From: Octopus sinensis
Lineage: Eukaryota
NCBI RefSeq assembly: GCF_006345805.1
Contig: NC_042999.1
Coordinates: 154,876,001 to 154,940,000, forward strand
Direction: 5' to 3'
Length of the DNA: 64,000 nucleotides
Below are positions 26,221 through 39,787 of this stretch, piece after piece (the first letter of the stretch is position 1; every line of letters begins with the position of its first letter). Made by a program: the position numbers and the translations under genes. Under the pieces are notes generated by a model. The model did no database searches. It saw only the letters and a program-made list of their open reading frames with translations, and was not told the DNA's origin.

Positions 26221-26784
26221 ACTAGCAGCCGACCGAACCGAGTGCAGGAAGCTTGCCGCCCATTGCGATGAACAGCGCAAGAGGATCTAAAGCTAAAAAA
26301 AGAAAGAAAATATTACTAACAAAATATTAAAATATTATCGTAATGTTTTATTTTTGTAAAATTCCAAAGCATTTTTATCTATAATTTCCTTATATTTCTA
26401 TTCTATACGTTATTTGAAATGCGGTTAATCATGTGACGTGCTTGTTTTCAGTTATCCTACTTTATAAACCGGTTAGAAATCTAAATATATTGTAAAACGT
26501 AGTTTATTTTACTAACTTTGCGTCATTTTTTACATTTATATTTTCTTTTAGAAAAGTAGATTGGTTTTATTTTATTTTATTTAGTGTTCTTTGTCAATTT
26601 CACACACGTCTTGCATTCAGGAAAGGAAATTAAATACGTACGTAAACGGACACACATATCTGCGAACATATACATAAATACGTACATACCGGATTTTAAA
26701 AATCTCTACATTCCTATTAAGCTGTCTGAAAGACTAGCCAAATCTTCCTCAAAAAAATTTACCATCACGTTGGTCACTGCGGCC

Positions 26785-26815
<31 letters not shown>

Positions 26816-26840
26816 TGTATGTATGTATGTATGTATGTAT

Positions 26841-27709
26841 GTGCTATTGTGCAGTTTTATTTCAATATTTCTTGCCAATGGAGAAAGGGCCGGTTCCTCA
26901 CCTAGATCCAAGGCTTCTTCATTGGAATTTCAACATCAACAACAGGGTATTTTTGTGTGTGTGTATGTATGTATGTGTGCAGATTTGTATGTTTTGTTTT
27001 ATGTATGTATTCTCATGCATATAGTTGCATATCTAGACATACTCAAATGCATTCAAATTATAAACTGAAAAGTTTTACAGATTCTTTTTACAGTTCCACT
27101 GATGGATTGGATCTATACTCTCCGAATTAGCTTTCTCCTTTCTGGTTTTGAGAAGCCCAATTTCTCAAGATTGGTATTTAGGCAGTGTGTTATGTATCAC
27201 AGGGCCCCAATAATTACAGGTGTAAACCTGAACTTGTAATCTGGATAGAGTAACTGCAAATTTCTCAATAGTTCAGGATAGCTGTTCCCTTGTCATTGAT
27301 CTTCAGCTTTATGTTTACATCCCCATGGGAAGCTAATTTCCACAACTGTGCACAGTTTCTTTTCTCTATCCCAATCCATTATATCAGGTCTGTTGTGCTT
27401 ACATTTTATTGAGATCTTTACTAGTACATTCCACCAATACTCCTTTTTATTATGAGTGGCTATGGCTTCTACCATATTGTGGGTTCTTATTTCTTTGTCC
27501 TCGGGATTATCCTTCCGACGGATTTCATTATAGAGTGTCCTAGTTACATCATGTTTCATTGTTAAGTAATACCGTGATGACATTTTCGGACAACTACTTA
27601 TGATGTGGTTGATATCTTCGTTGTTAACTCCACAAAGTCTGCATCAGTTGTCATATTTTGCTGCTTTTCCTGCATCTCTGTCCCTTTTGTGCATCAGGTA
27701 TTTGGTTGA
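26841..27709 (-). mobile_element. 3' part of a Dong/R4-clade (restriction-like endonuclease) non-LTR retrotransposon
   Basis: CCHC-like remnant, KHDV, WWNV and HNRPDI...VVEIS (RLE motif). The 3' UTR ends in (CATA)n, with TATG arrays on both sides. Confidence 0.75.
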
Positions 27710-27812
27710 TGTGTATGTATGTATGTATGTATGTATGTATGTATGTATGTATGTATGTATGTATACATATATGTATATATACATATATGTATATATACAT
27801 ATATATATATAC

Positions 27813-27887
<75 letters not shown>

Positions 27888-27889
<2 letters not shown>

Positions 27890-28360
27890 CTAGGCTGCAC
27901 CTATAACCAGTCGGCAGAAGATCTACCCGGGGTTAAAACGTTAACAACATCGAAGAGCCATATTGATTAACTTTACTTGTCAGTATAATTACTTCTCTCA
28001 TCTCTTATTGAGATTTTCCAACTGGCTACTTTGTTGCAAATCGGTGACCGAAGGTCACTTTGTTTTCTATATATTGCGAGCTGGAGCAGATTCTGGCCAT
28101 CTGTCCAGCGGCGGAGGTGTTAGCGACTGATGATGAGCAAAAATACCTCGAAACCGAGTCGGTCTCGCCATCCTGTCGTCTGCTAGAGGATGGTAGAGGC
28201 TCTTTCCCTTGCTAGCAGTATTTACAGGGTACAGGCTACACCTGTAAACTAGCTGGCAGAAGATCTGCCTGGGGTTAAACAAGTAGTAACATCGAAGGGC
28301 CATATTGATGTGGCGATTAACTTTACTTGTTAGTATAGTTACTATTCTCATCTCTTATTT
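27888..28360 (+). mobile_element. Hammerhead-bearing non-coding retroelement (retrozyme / Penelope pLTR-like), ~340-bp period
   Basis: Diverged ~120-bp direct repeats (about 27891-28010 and 28232-28360) flank the hammerhead. Abuts a (TA)n array. Confidence 0.55.
28121..28170 (+). ncRNA. Minimal type I hammerhead ribozyme motif
   Basis: Stem I gcga/tcgc; CTGATGA at 28127-28133 plus one extra U; stem II gag/ctc; GAAA at 28150-28153; stem III accga-g-tcggt; GUC cleavage triplet at 28162-28164. Confidence 0.7.
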
Positions 28361-28560
28361 ATAATTTGGTGTGCAGACTCTGAAGAGGATAGCATTTATT
28401 TTAAGAACGTTCAATTATTATCTCTGGATCAATAGATCGATTCAGTGAACAGAACAGAAAAATGAACCTATAATGTATACCAAAATAAAAAAAAAACACC
28501 TGTAAGTCAAAAATGCACAAATAGAGAAATATCTAAAGCCTATTGTTTATACCTTTTCTT

Positions 28561-28604
<44 letters not shown>

Positions 28605-28762
28605 AAAAAAGGAGATGTCGAACACGAGTGGTGATATATAAAAAGGAAATGAAGAAAATGCTGACAAATAATTGAAGTAATTTAAGTAATTTAATTAGGT
28701 GAAAGTTCTTTTTACCGGTTGCGCATTTGTTATGCTTATCAAAATATAAAAGAGAATTATAC

Positions 28763-28837
<75 letters not shown>

Positions 28838-29303
28838 TATATATATATATATATATATCTCTAGGCTGCACCTATAACCAGTCGGCAGAAGATCTACCCG
28901 GGTTAAAACGTTAACAACATCTCTCTTTTATATTTTGATAAGCATAACAAATGCGCAACCGGTAAAAAGAACTTTCACCTAATTAAATTACTTAAATTAC
29001 TTCAATTATTTGTCAGCATTTTCTTCATTTCCTTTTTTATATATATATATATACAAATTGAGATAGGGGTTGTAAAAGCAACCCTCTATGGGATAACGTA
29101 TATCCAATATACTGCTAGTGAAGTACCCAACGAAGTTAATACATAAATGTTAATGATTACGATGCAATCAATTCATTTACTGTATCATATGGGCAAAGGT
29201 AAAATGATTTATCACAAATTACTAATACAAGATAAGAAAATGGAGAAATACATCTAAATCAAATTGATATTTGATTTAGATGTATTTCTCCATTTTCTTA
29301 TCT

Positions 29304-29365
<62 letters not shown>

Positions 29366-29383
29366 TTTTCTTGGTATATAATA

Positions 29384-29415
<32 letters not shown>

Positions 29416-29637
29416 CTTGGAATTTACAAAAAAAAATGACGAAGACGGGTGTGTAAACAACAAACAGATGTGTTAGATTAACGCTCGGGAAAGTGAGAGT
29501 CTTCTACGTTTCGAGCCTACGCTCTTCGACAGAAAGGAACACGAGAAAATAAAGAAAGAATTAAAAAATAAAAAAGAAAGGTTTAGTGGCTAGCGATCAA
29601 TCGTGGCGATACCATACACACACACACAAATACATAC

Positions 29638-29692
<55 letters not shown>

Positions 29693-30007
29693 ATATATAA
29701 TATATATATATATATATAATATGTATTTAATTATGTATGTATGTATGTATGTGTATGTATGTATGTATGTGTATGCCCACTTCAGTATAACGGTACACTT
29801 AGTGAAACCAGTAAAGACACGACTATCTCTGACAGCCTACTACGTACTCTGGTACTTCACGTACTTCTTTCTACTCCTAGCGACTAGATTATTCCACTCG
29901 TCATGTGGGAGGGGTGTGGCATTATTATTAATTCTCTACAAGAGTATGTATTTACATATATATATATATATATCTGTGTGTGTCTGTATATATATATGTA
30001 TATATAT

Positions 30008-30110
<103 letters not shown>

Positions 30111-30923
30111 AATGTGTATTTATGTGTATATGTGGGGATTGAGCGAGACTAAGCTGTCCGGAAGACTTTCCGAAGGGTTCATGACACTGTTCTTCAAAAT
30201 CTACCGAGAAGTCTTTGGCCGGCACGTAACTACAGTAAATAACTCGTACCCAAGATACCATGCAGTAGGACTGAACCGAGAACCATGAGGTTGGGAAGCA
30301 AGCTTCTTAGCACACAGTCACACCTGTTAGAAGTATCAGTTCAATGGGACAAATGATAACTTACAAAATAAACTGATTGGAATCGATTACTCAGATCGAA
30401 ACAAAATGTGAAGGGATACTCAAGATATAGATAAACAGTGCGAACAAATAAATAACTTTACCTTTAATCTCGCTTCCACACCAGTTTCAATAAAATATTA
30501 TTTTCTAAATTTGATACAGGTTTAGCAAATTTGAGGGGATGGTCAAATCGATTTCAGCAACCTCAGCACTCAGCCTCAGTAGGATTTGAAATCAGAACCT
30601 AGAGATAGAAGATACGCCTCTAAGTTCTTTTTTCGTTTTTTTCTTAGGAGTAGGAGTAGCTGTGTGGTAAGTAGCTTGCTTACCAACCACATGGTCCCGG
30701 GTTCAGTACCACTGCGTTGCACCTTGGGCAAGTGTCTTCTACTATAGCCTCGGGCCGACCAAAGCCTTGTGAGTGGATTTGGTAGATGGAAAACTGAAAG
30801 AAGTCCGTCGTATATATGTATATATATGTGTATGTGTGTGTATATGTTTGTGTGTCTGTGTTTGTCCCTCCAACATCACTTGACAGCCGATGCTGATGTT
30901 TACAACCTTTCTTTACCTCCAAA

Positions 30924-30983
<60 letters not shown>

Positions 30984-31162
30984 GTGTGTGGTAAGTAGCT
31001 TGCTTACCAATCACATGGTTCCGGATTCAGTCTCACTACGTGGCACCTTAGGCAAGTGTCTTCTACTATAGCCTCGGGCCGACCAAAGCCTTGTGAGCGG
31101 ATTTGGTAGACGGAAACTGAATGAAGCTCGCTGTATATGTGTGTGTATCTATATATATATGC

Positions 31163-31193
<31 letters not shown>

Positions 31194-32318
31194 CGTTCAT
31201 GTGTCTGTGTATGCCCCCCCCCCTCAACATTGCTTGACAATCAATGCTGGTTTGTTTGCGTCCCCGTAAATTAGCGGTTCGGCAAAAAAGAGACCGATAA
31301 AATAAGTACTAGACTTACAAAGAGTAAGTCCTGTGGTCGATTTGCTCGACTAAATGCGGTGCTCCAGCATGGCCACAGTCAAATGACTGAAACAAGTAAA
31401 AGAGTAAAAGAGTAAAAGAATGCGTTAATGGTTCTGCGAGCTAACCACCTTCTTTCGTCTCTTACTATTTAAGACTATTTCAAACAGACACCAACACAAA
31501 AACCTTTTATAAAAACCCGTTTTTTCAAAGAAGGATTTATACATGTTATTGTCAACGCTTTTAGAAGGTCGAGGTGCTTTTTTCTTGCATTTCTTTTCAT
31601 TTTTTTGTAGAAACTTTTTCCTGTTCATTTCTTTTTACTTCTTTCTCTCTGTTCACTGTCATTCAACCAATTGCAATATTTCTGCTGACAGGTTGTCGGA
31701 ATTTTATCTAGTTTATTAAAGATATTTGTATTAAATAGTATTGGTTTATTCTCTCAGCCCTTATAGTACAGAAAGGGTGGACTTCAGCACTGAGTAAGCA
31801 GCAGTCATGAATAAACAAAATTTGAAAATGAAAAACAAAAAAACAACAAAAAAAAAAAAACAATACCAAAAAGAGAGAAATCGGACTAAAAAAAAAGCTT
31901 AAATAAAAACAATAAAAATGTAAAACACTTCGAATATTTGAGAGGCAGGCAGATATCTTCGTCGTCGTCGTTGTTGGTTTTGGGGGTTGTCACTGTTATT
32001 GTGGTGGTGGTGGTGGTGGTGGTCACTGTTATTGTGGTGGTGGTGGTGGTGGTCGTCGTCGTCGTCGTCGTCGTCGTCGTGATGTTTCAAAATTAGATGA
32101 CCACAGGTGCTAGTTTCCGGAATGTCCCGAACGAAGGAATGATGGCACAGCGCACTGTATACATTGTTAGACACTGTAACACACTGTGTTAGGATGTCAT
32201 TTAACCCCGGGTCAACCGTTATCGGCAGACCTCTAATAAAAGGTAGTCGAAACGTGACAATTCCATCTTCAGTAAGACGAAATATATTTTCACACTCCTT
32301 CCTCCTTTAACTCCAAAT

Positions 32319-32353
<35 letters not shown>

Positions 32354-32524
32354 TGCGGTAAGTAGATTGCTTACCAACCACATGGTTCCGGGTTCAGTCC
32401 CACTGCGTGGCACTTTGGGCAAGTGTCTTCTACTATAGCCTCGGGCCGACCAAAGCCTTGTGAATAGATTTGGTAGACGGGAACTGACAGAAGCCGTCGT
32501 ATATATGTATATGTATAATGTATG

Positions 32525-32601
<77 letters not shown>

Positions 32602-32687
32602 ATTATATATATATATATACCAGGTGGTGCTATTAAGTTAGACGTGGCCTGGGCCAATAATGGCCGAAATCTATCAAAGTATCAAAG

Positions 32688-32724
<37 letters not shown>

Positions 32725-32872
32725 TGTGTGTGTGTGTGTGTGGTGTGTGTGTGTGTGTGTGTGTGCGTTTCTCTGTCTGTGTTTGTCCCCCCAACATCGC
32801 TTGACAACCGATGCCGGTGTGTTTACGTCCTCGTAACGTCTTCTAATGAAAAGATTTTTCGTTCCTCTAGTC

Positions 32873-33448
32873 CGGAGGTTCTCAAACTTTTTGGGCCACC
32901 GTCCACCTCATGGCCACATAATACCCTCAGCGACTCCACCCTTATTTTTATGTATAAATAGATATTCTTTATTTTACTAATTTATATATACTATAAATCA
33001 TTTGATATTTAATATAATATATAATTTGTATACAATGCTATAATAATATAAGGGACGTTAGCCATCCGAATGTGGCTAGGGACAGGGCAGGGCGGTGGGG
33101 GTGTTACTGATGCATTTAGCCCCAGGCGATCATCAACGTCACCAGGAGGGCTGACGCCATCACGGCGTCCTCTAGCCTGCAAAGGGAGATCAGCCCTGTC
33201 CCTAGCCACATTCGGATGGCTAACGTCCCTTATGTTATGGAGCAGTTACTGTCTATATCTCGTTTAGGGAATTATTATTGCTATAATAATATTATAATAA
33301 AATCATAGCGTACCCCAATCCACTGCTTTCCTCCCAACGCCTCCTTTTTCTCTACCGCCTCAGCCCCATCGCCCCTTAGGCACCAGCGCCCACCTGGACC
33401 GTCTCAATGCCCACCGTGGGGCGGTAGCGCCTATTTTGAGAACCTATG
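32873..33448. mobile_element. hAT (Charlie-like) non-autonomous element
   Basis: TIRs cggaggttctcaaa / tttgagaacctatg. Exact 8-bp TSD ctctagtc (32865-32872, 33449-33456). Confidence 0.75.
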
Positions 33449-33580
33449 CTCTAGTCCTTTCTTTTGGGTGCTTGGATTTGATACAATGACTCACATTCGT
33501 TTAGCTAGATTCTGCAAGGTATGATCATTCGTGTGGCATGAAATAAAAATTATTGTCTTCGATCTATTGGTTTATTGTGA

Positions 33581-33962
33581 CACTCCGTCGGTTGCGACGA
33601 CGAGGGTTCCAGTTGATCCGATCAACAGAACAGCCGGCTCGTGAAATTAACGTGCAAGTGGCTGAGCACTCCACAGACACGTGTACCCTTAACGTAGTTC
33701 TCGGGGATATTCAGCGTGACACAGAGAGTGACAAGGCTGGCCCTTTTAATTACAGGTACAACAGAAACAGGAGGAAAGAGTGAGAGAAATTTGTGGTGAA
33801 AGGGTACAGCAGGGTTGGCCACCCCCAACTCATCCCCGCCGGAGAATCGTGGAGCTTTAGGTGTTTTCGCTCAATAGACACTCACAACGCTCGGTGTGGG
33901 AATCGAAACCGCGATCCTACGACCGCGAGTCCGCTGCCCTAACCACTGGGCCATTGCGCCTC
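33581..33962 (-). mobile_element. SINE family S1 copy
   Basis: Same consensus. Confidence 0.85.
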
Positions 33963-34373
33963 TACCCTGGTTTATAACATACATCTATCTCCATCATATT
34001 CTTTACTTTTGATTGCTATTAGATACATTTGTGGCTGAGTGATAAGAAGCTTGCTTCCCAACCACATGGTTCCAAAGCCTTGTGAGTGAATTTGGTGGAC
34101 GGAAACTAAAAGGAGCCCGTTGTATGTGTGTGTATGTGTGTGTGTGGTGTGTGTGTGGTGTGTACGTGTGTTTGTGCGAGTGTGCTTGTCACCCATCACC
34201 GCTCGGAAACCGGTGTTGGTGTGTTTACGTCCCCGTAATTCAGCAGTTCAGCAAAATACACCGATAGAATAAATACCAGGTATAGAAGAAAGAAGTACCG
34301 ATTCATATGGCTAAAAATTCTTCAAGGTGACGCCCCAGCATGACCACAGGCTAATGACTGAAACAAGTAAAAG

Positions 34374-34420
<47 letters not shown>

Positions 34421-34572
34421 ATGACGACATAGACGAATGGTGATCGATGATTTCGAGGTTACAACATTCTTGTTATGCAGAGGTAAACAACGAAGACAAC
34501 AAAAGCGAGATTTATTACTGTCTGTATTGTAATGTAGAGACAGACCACTACTGCCCTCTTAGTGAGGTAACA

Positions 34573-35138
34573 GTGGTGGTGGTGGTGGTGGTGGTTGTGG
34601 AAGTGGTGGTGGTGGAGGTGGTGGTGGGGGTTGTGGTGGTAGTTGTGGTTGTGGTGGTGGTGGTTGTGGTGGTGGTGGAGGTGGTGGTGGTGGGGGCGTT
34701 GTGGTGGTAGTTGTGGTAGTGGTGGTGATGATTGTAGTGGTGGTGGAGCTGATGGCGATGGCGGCGGTGGTGGTGGTGGTGGTAGTGGTGATAGTGGTAG
34801 AGTTGGTGGAGGCGAATTATAAAGCTGTGGGTGATAATAGTAGCGAGGAGGGAGAGGGGAGGAGAAGAAAGAAGAAGGTGGTGGTGGTGGTGTGGTGGTG
34901 GTGGAAGAAGAGGAGGAAGAAGAGGGAAGGGAAGAGGAGGGGCTTATATTGTGATGATGATGATGATGATGATGATGACGACGACGACGATGATGATGAT
35001 GATGATGATGGAGATGATGACGATGATGATGATGATGATGATGATGATGACGATGATGATGATGATGATGATGGAGATGATGACGATGATGATGATGATG
35101 ATGATGATGACGACAACGATGATGATGATGGAGATGAC

Positions 35139-35178
<40 letters not shown>

Positions 35179-35235
35179 ATGATGACGATGATACCAATGA
35201 TGATGATTATGACATTGTCAACGACACTGATGATG
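34573..35235. repeat. (GTG)n / (GAT)n trinucleotide low-complexity tract
   Basis: Direct reading. Confidence 0.95.
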
Positions 35236-35896
35236 CATAACAATACAACAATGTCAAACAACCTCGCATATCAACTAAATCGCAACCCACCATTTACCCT
35301 CTATCACGTTCCATGGAGTTTCGATAAGCTCCAAATTCCGTCAGCAAATATGAAACACTGTTAGAAGAGAGATGAAAGGACCAAATGAAGGTTACCGACG
35401 GGAAATACATTGTCTCTGGCATTCCGACGAGAAAATCACTCCGAAAATCCCATCCCCAAAACTATTTGAAACAACAAGTTTAATATCGATTTTCTCCGGA
35501 CACGGGGTACGGATAAGGGTGCGTGGCTAAGAAAGCCTGCTTAGAAAATATTCTGCATTATCTCGGGATTGTTAGAGATAGTTGTGGGGTAAGACGTTTG
35601 CTTCCCAATCACCTGGTTTCGGGTTCATTCCCACTGCGTGGTACTTTCGGCCTTCTATTATAGCCTTGGGCCCACCAAAGCCTTGTCAATAAATTTGGTA
35701 GACATAAACTAAAAGAAGCCTGTTGCATATATATATATACATATAACGGGAAGCTTTATGAAAATAAAACAAAAGACGAAGGCAGGTGGAATACAAACAA
35801 ACAATTGTATTAGTATGGCGCTCAGGAATATAAAAAAACAAGTTTTTACGTTTCGAGCCTACGCTCTTCACAGAAAGATACACAGAAAAGAAACAC

Positions 35897-35951
<55 letters not shown>

Positions 35952-36352
35952 ATATCTATATATATATCTACCTCTTTACTCTTTTTACTCTTTTATTTGT
36001 TTCAGTCATTTGACTGCTGGAGCACCACCTTTAGTCGAGCAAATCGACCCAGGGCTTATTCTTTGTAACCCTAGTACTTATTATATCGGTCTCTTTTGCC
36101 GAAACACACCAGCATCGGTTGTCAAGCGATGTTGGGGGGGGGGGACAATCACAGACACACAAACACACACATATAAATATACATATATACGACGGGTTTC
36201 TTTCAGTTTCCGTCTACCAAATCCACTCACAAGGCTTTGGTCGGCCCGAAGACATTTGCCCAAGGTGCCACGCAGTGGGACTGAACTCGGAACCATGTAG
36301 TTCGTAAGCAAGCTACTTACCACACAGCCACTCCTACGCCTACATATATATA

Positions 36353-36387
<35 letters not shown>

Positions 36388-36390
<3 letters not shown>

Positions 36391-37550
36391 TATTATAAAA
36401 GGCAGATTTTATCTGCCTCCCTTTGGGAGTTATACAATCTACAATATAGGATTTCTTCAATTACAATTTACCTAGCATTTTTAAGAGTACAATGCATCGC
36501 GTCATGCCAGGTCCATTTTTAAATTAAACTCCAATTAAACAAAATTTACAGAAAACTCACATTCTGGTGTGTGTGTCAAATGCTTTCTTAGTCTGGTTTA
36601 CACCACACGCAAACGCACACACACAGTGTGCGACGAATAAAATGAAAGTAAATGTAATATTTGTTTCTGTCTATCACGCGATGATAGATCCATGAGTAAA
36701 ATGTATGGGAAGCTAACAGATAACAGTGAGTGAAAATGTTCTTGGAAGAGAGTAAATTAGCGACAGAGTGATTTGAGGAAGACTAAACTGAAAGTATGAA
36801 ACAGTGTTTATGTATAAACAGCACACTTATATAAACCCTTTCGTTACCAACCGCCCGAATTTACCTATTCATATTTAAATGAGAATATCAAGTAAATCTC
36901 TTTAGTACATTCGTGAAAACACGTATTATACTTCGTAAACACTTCAAATAGTTTTGTACAAAAATCGAAGTGTAATTTTAATTCCGTGAATTATGGGAGA
37001 TTTTTTTCCGAATTTGTTCCTATTGTGTTTTCAAAATTTGTAATTCTGACAAAAAATGGATACGAATTTCATTATATCAAGCAGCGAGTCAGAATTCGAA
37101 GGATTTTCTACTGAAGACCTTCATAAATCTAACTCTATGACTGAAAAAAAAAAGCATCTTTATATAAAAGTGAAGTGTGTGTCTGTCCCCTTCGATTTAG
37201 ATTCGTAACTACTCCCACATTTTGCCGTGCAGTTTAACCAAAAGCGGGTCTCTTATAGTCGTGATTCATATCGAGCCCTTCTGGGTATTAGCGCGCGTCT
37301 ACGATGAGTCTACGATTTAAAAAAAATTTACCATCATATTTTTCCATTTTATGCATTTTTTTTCGCTTTTATATAAGGGAAGTCTCTCTAAAAATATCTA
37401 CGATGTGTCAACGATTTAAAAAAAAAATTTACCTTAATTTTTTTTCAATTTTTAATGAATTTTTTTGCTATTTTTTGGCTATAACTCTCTAAAAATGCTT
37501 ATATAGTTATTTCCCTTACAAACCCGAGCAACGCCGGGCGATACTGCTAG
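36388..37550 (+). mobile_element. Composite Helitron (A-type head plus mini Helitron 37157-37550)
   Basis: Head tcttattataaaaggcag after (TA)n, second head at 37157, end cccgagcaacgccgggcgatactgCTAG at 37547-37550. Confidence 0.75.
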
Positions 37551-37888
37551 TATATATATAGATGTGTGTGTATGTATGTATGTATATGTATATATTTGTG
37601 TGCGTGTGTGTGTGTGTGTTTGTCTTTGTATATGTATGATTATGAGTGTGTCTCTGGGTTTCTGTATGTCTCCCACCATCGCTTGTATGTTTGTTTACGT
37701 CCCGTAACTTAACGCTTTGACAGTAGGCAGCAATGGAATAAGTGTCCGCCTTTAAAATGTTAAGTATCAATGTAGATTTCTTTGACAAAACTCAACGCTT
37801 CAAGGCGGTGCTCGAGCATGGCCGCCGTCCAGTGACTAAAGCAAGTAAAACAGAAAAGATATACGTCGAATAGTTAAAAAGGTATTTC

Positions 37889-37977
37889 AATCTGATGAAG
37901 CATCATTACATATTTAAACGGATTTGATTATTCTTGAAAATCTTCGTTTTATCAGTGAAGTGGAAACAGCTGTAATT
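37889..37977 (+). ncRNA. Degenerate hammerhead-like motif
   Basis: CTGATGA at 37892-37898, then GAAAC AGCT GTA at 37963-37974. Stems I and II are poorly paired. An AT-rich tail follows and ends in (TA)n. Confidence 0.4.
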
Positions 37978-38064
37978 TATGAGATGTGTCGTTTGTATAA
38001 AATATCTAAATTGAATTGAATTTATAATCGTTCAATTTATTGTTTTGTTTTTCCATTTCTTATT

Positions 38065-38135
<71 letters not shown>

Positions 38136-38462
38136 TACCGTGATCACCGTGACCGACCAGGCTATCAGATGTTTCTACATATCGCTGGTCACAATGCGCT
38201 TTGCATTGTTTTAGCCGTCAAATAACGCCACCCCGCTGGCTAAGCGAGCAGGCCAACAGAAGAAGGAGTGACAGAAAGTTGTGGTGAAAGAGTACAGCAG
38301 AGATCACCACCACCCCCTGCCGGAGCCTCGTGGAGCTTAGGTGTTTTCGCTCAATAAACACTCACAACGCCCGGTCTGGGAATTGAAACCTTGATCCTAC
38401 GACCGCGAGTCCGCTTTCCCAACCACTGGGCCATTGCGCCTCACACACACACATACATACAT

Positions 38463-38496
<34 letters not shown>

Positions 38497-38622
38497 ACAA
38501 TATATATATATATATTATATATATATATACATATAAATATCTATATAATATATATATATATGTATATTTATTTTTTTACAATTCTTAAAGTGACATATAC
38601 GATAATTTAAAATATATATATA

Positions 38623-38671
<49 letters not shown>

Positions 38672-39787
38672 TTTATCAATTTTTCAAAAATTTCCATACA
38701 CCCATTTTCGTTAAAATTTTTTCAATTTAGCATTCTGCCTTTTACAATTTTTCCTTGCTATATATATATATATATAATATATATATATATTATATATATA
38801 TGTATATATATATATATATATATACGCATCACAAGGCATTCAGCAGGACTAAAGCCGAAACTATCCAATTGTAAGGCGAGCTATTTGACTCCACAACTAT
38901 TTCTTATAATATGTATATTTTTTATCGTAAGTCATCAATTGCCTTCGCTCCTATATGGCGTTATACCTTCAACAATGCACCAGTTATAAATTCCACCATT
39001 CTTCAGGTTTGACATATATTGAGACAGAGGTGAAGTTAATTGTACCTCTAAATCAAAAAGAATGTGAGGGGTGTGTATAACCGGTTTTAAATTTATTTCT
39101 CTTCAACGCTATACAGTTATTTTTGGTGCAATCTACAGATATTGCATTTGCTCTGTACAAAAGCGTCTTTGTGAGGCATTCGCAATACAGTTGACAGAAC
39201 GTGACATTGCAATTTCATTTGTATTTGGATGCTTCTATTTCTATGATTTTGGTTATGTTGGGAAATTTGGGATGTGATTACGTCTAAACTATTGAAGCTA
39301 ATTTTAAAATTGCTCTTATGTAAGAGTTTAAAATATACTTATGTGTGGCGATGAACAGTTTTCTTAACACGGACAAGTAATTATTAGCGGCAATAAATGC
39401 AAGATACATGCTGCAGAGAGATGGGAGAACCATAAAGGTAAACTAAATACCATATAGGGTAAATTCTTGATTTGTTGAATTCATCTTCGCTTCGAGAGAA
39501 GAGAAACAATTGCTTGTTGGTAGTTAAGACGACTTCGAACGAGAAGGGAAGAAAGTCTCGGGAGTCAGAAATCCCATAAAAACAACGTAACAAGGAACAA
39601 GGACAGTCTTCTTTTCTCGGAAACTAGAAGATTCTGCCTCATTGGGTCTCATGTGTGGGTGTACGTGTGTGTGTGTGGGTGTACGTGTGTGTGTGTGCGC
39701 GCGTTCGTATGTGTGTGAGTGTGTGTGTATGTGCGTGTCATTTAGGCATTTACTCACAAAATTAAGTCCACCATTAAGTCCGCCATA

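Noticed and set aside
34447-35364. Poly-Val / poly-Asp / poly-Met ORFs (possible acidic biomineralisation protein)
   Set aside because: Trinucleotide microsatellite open in several frames, with no convincing splice sites or unique coding flanks.
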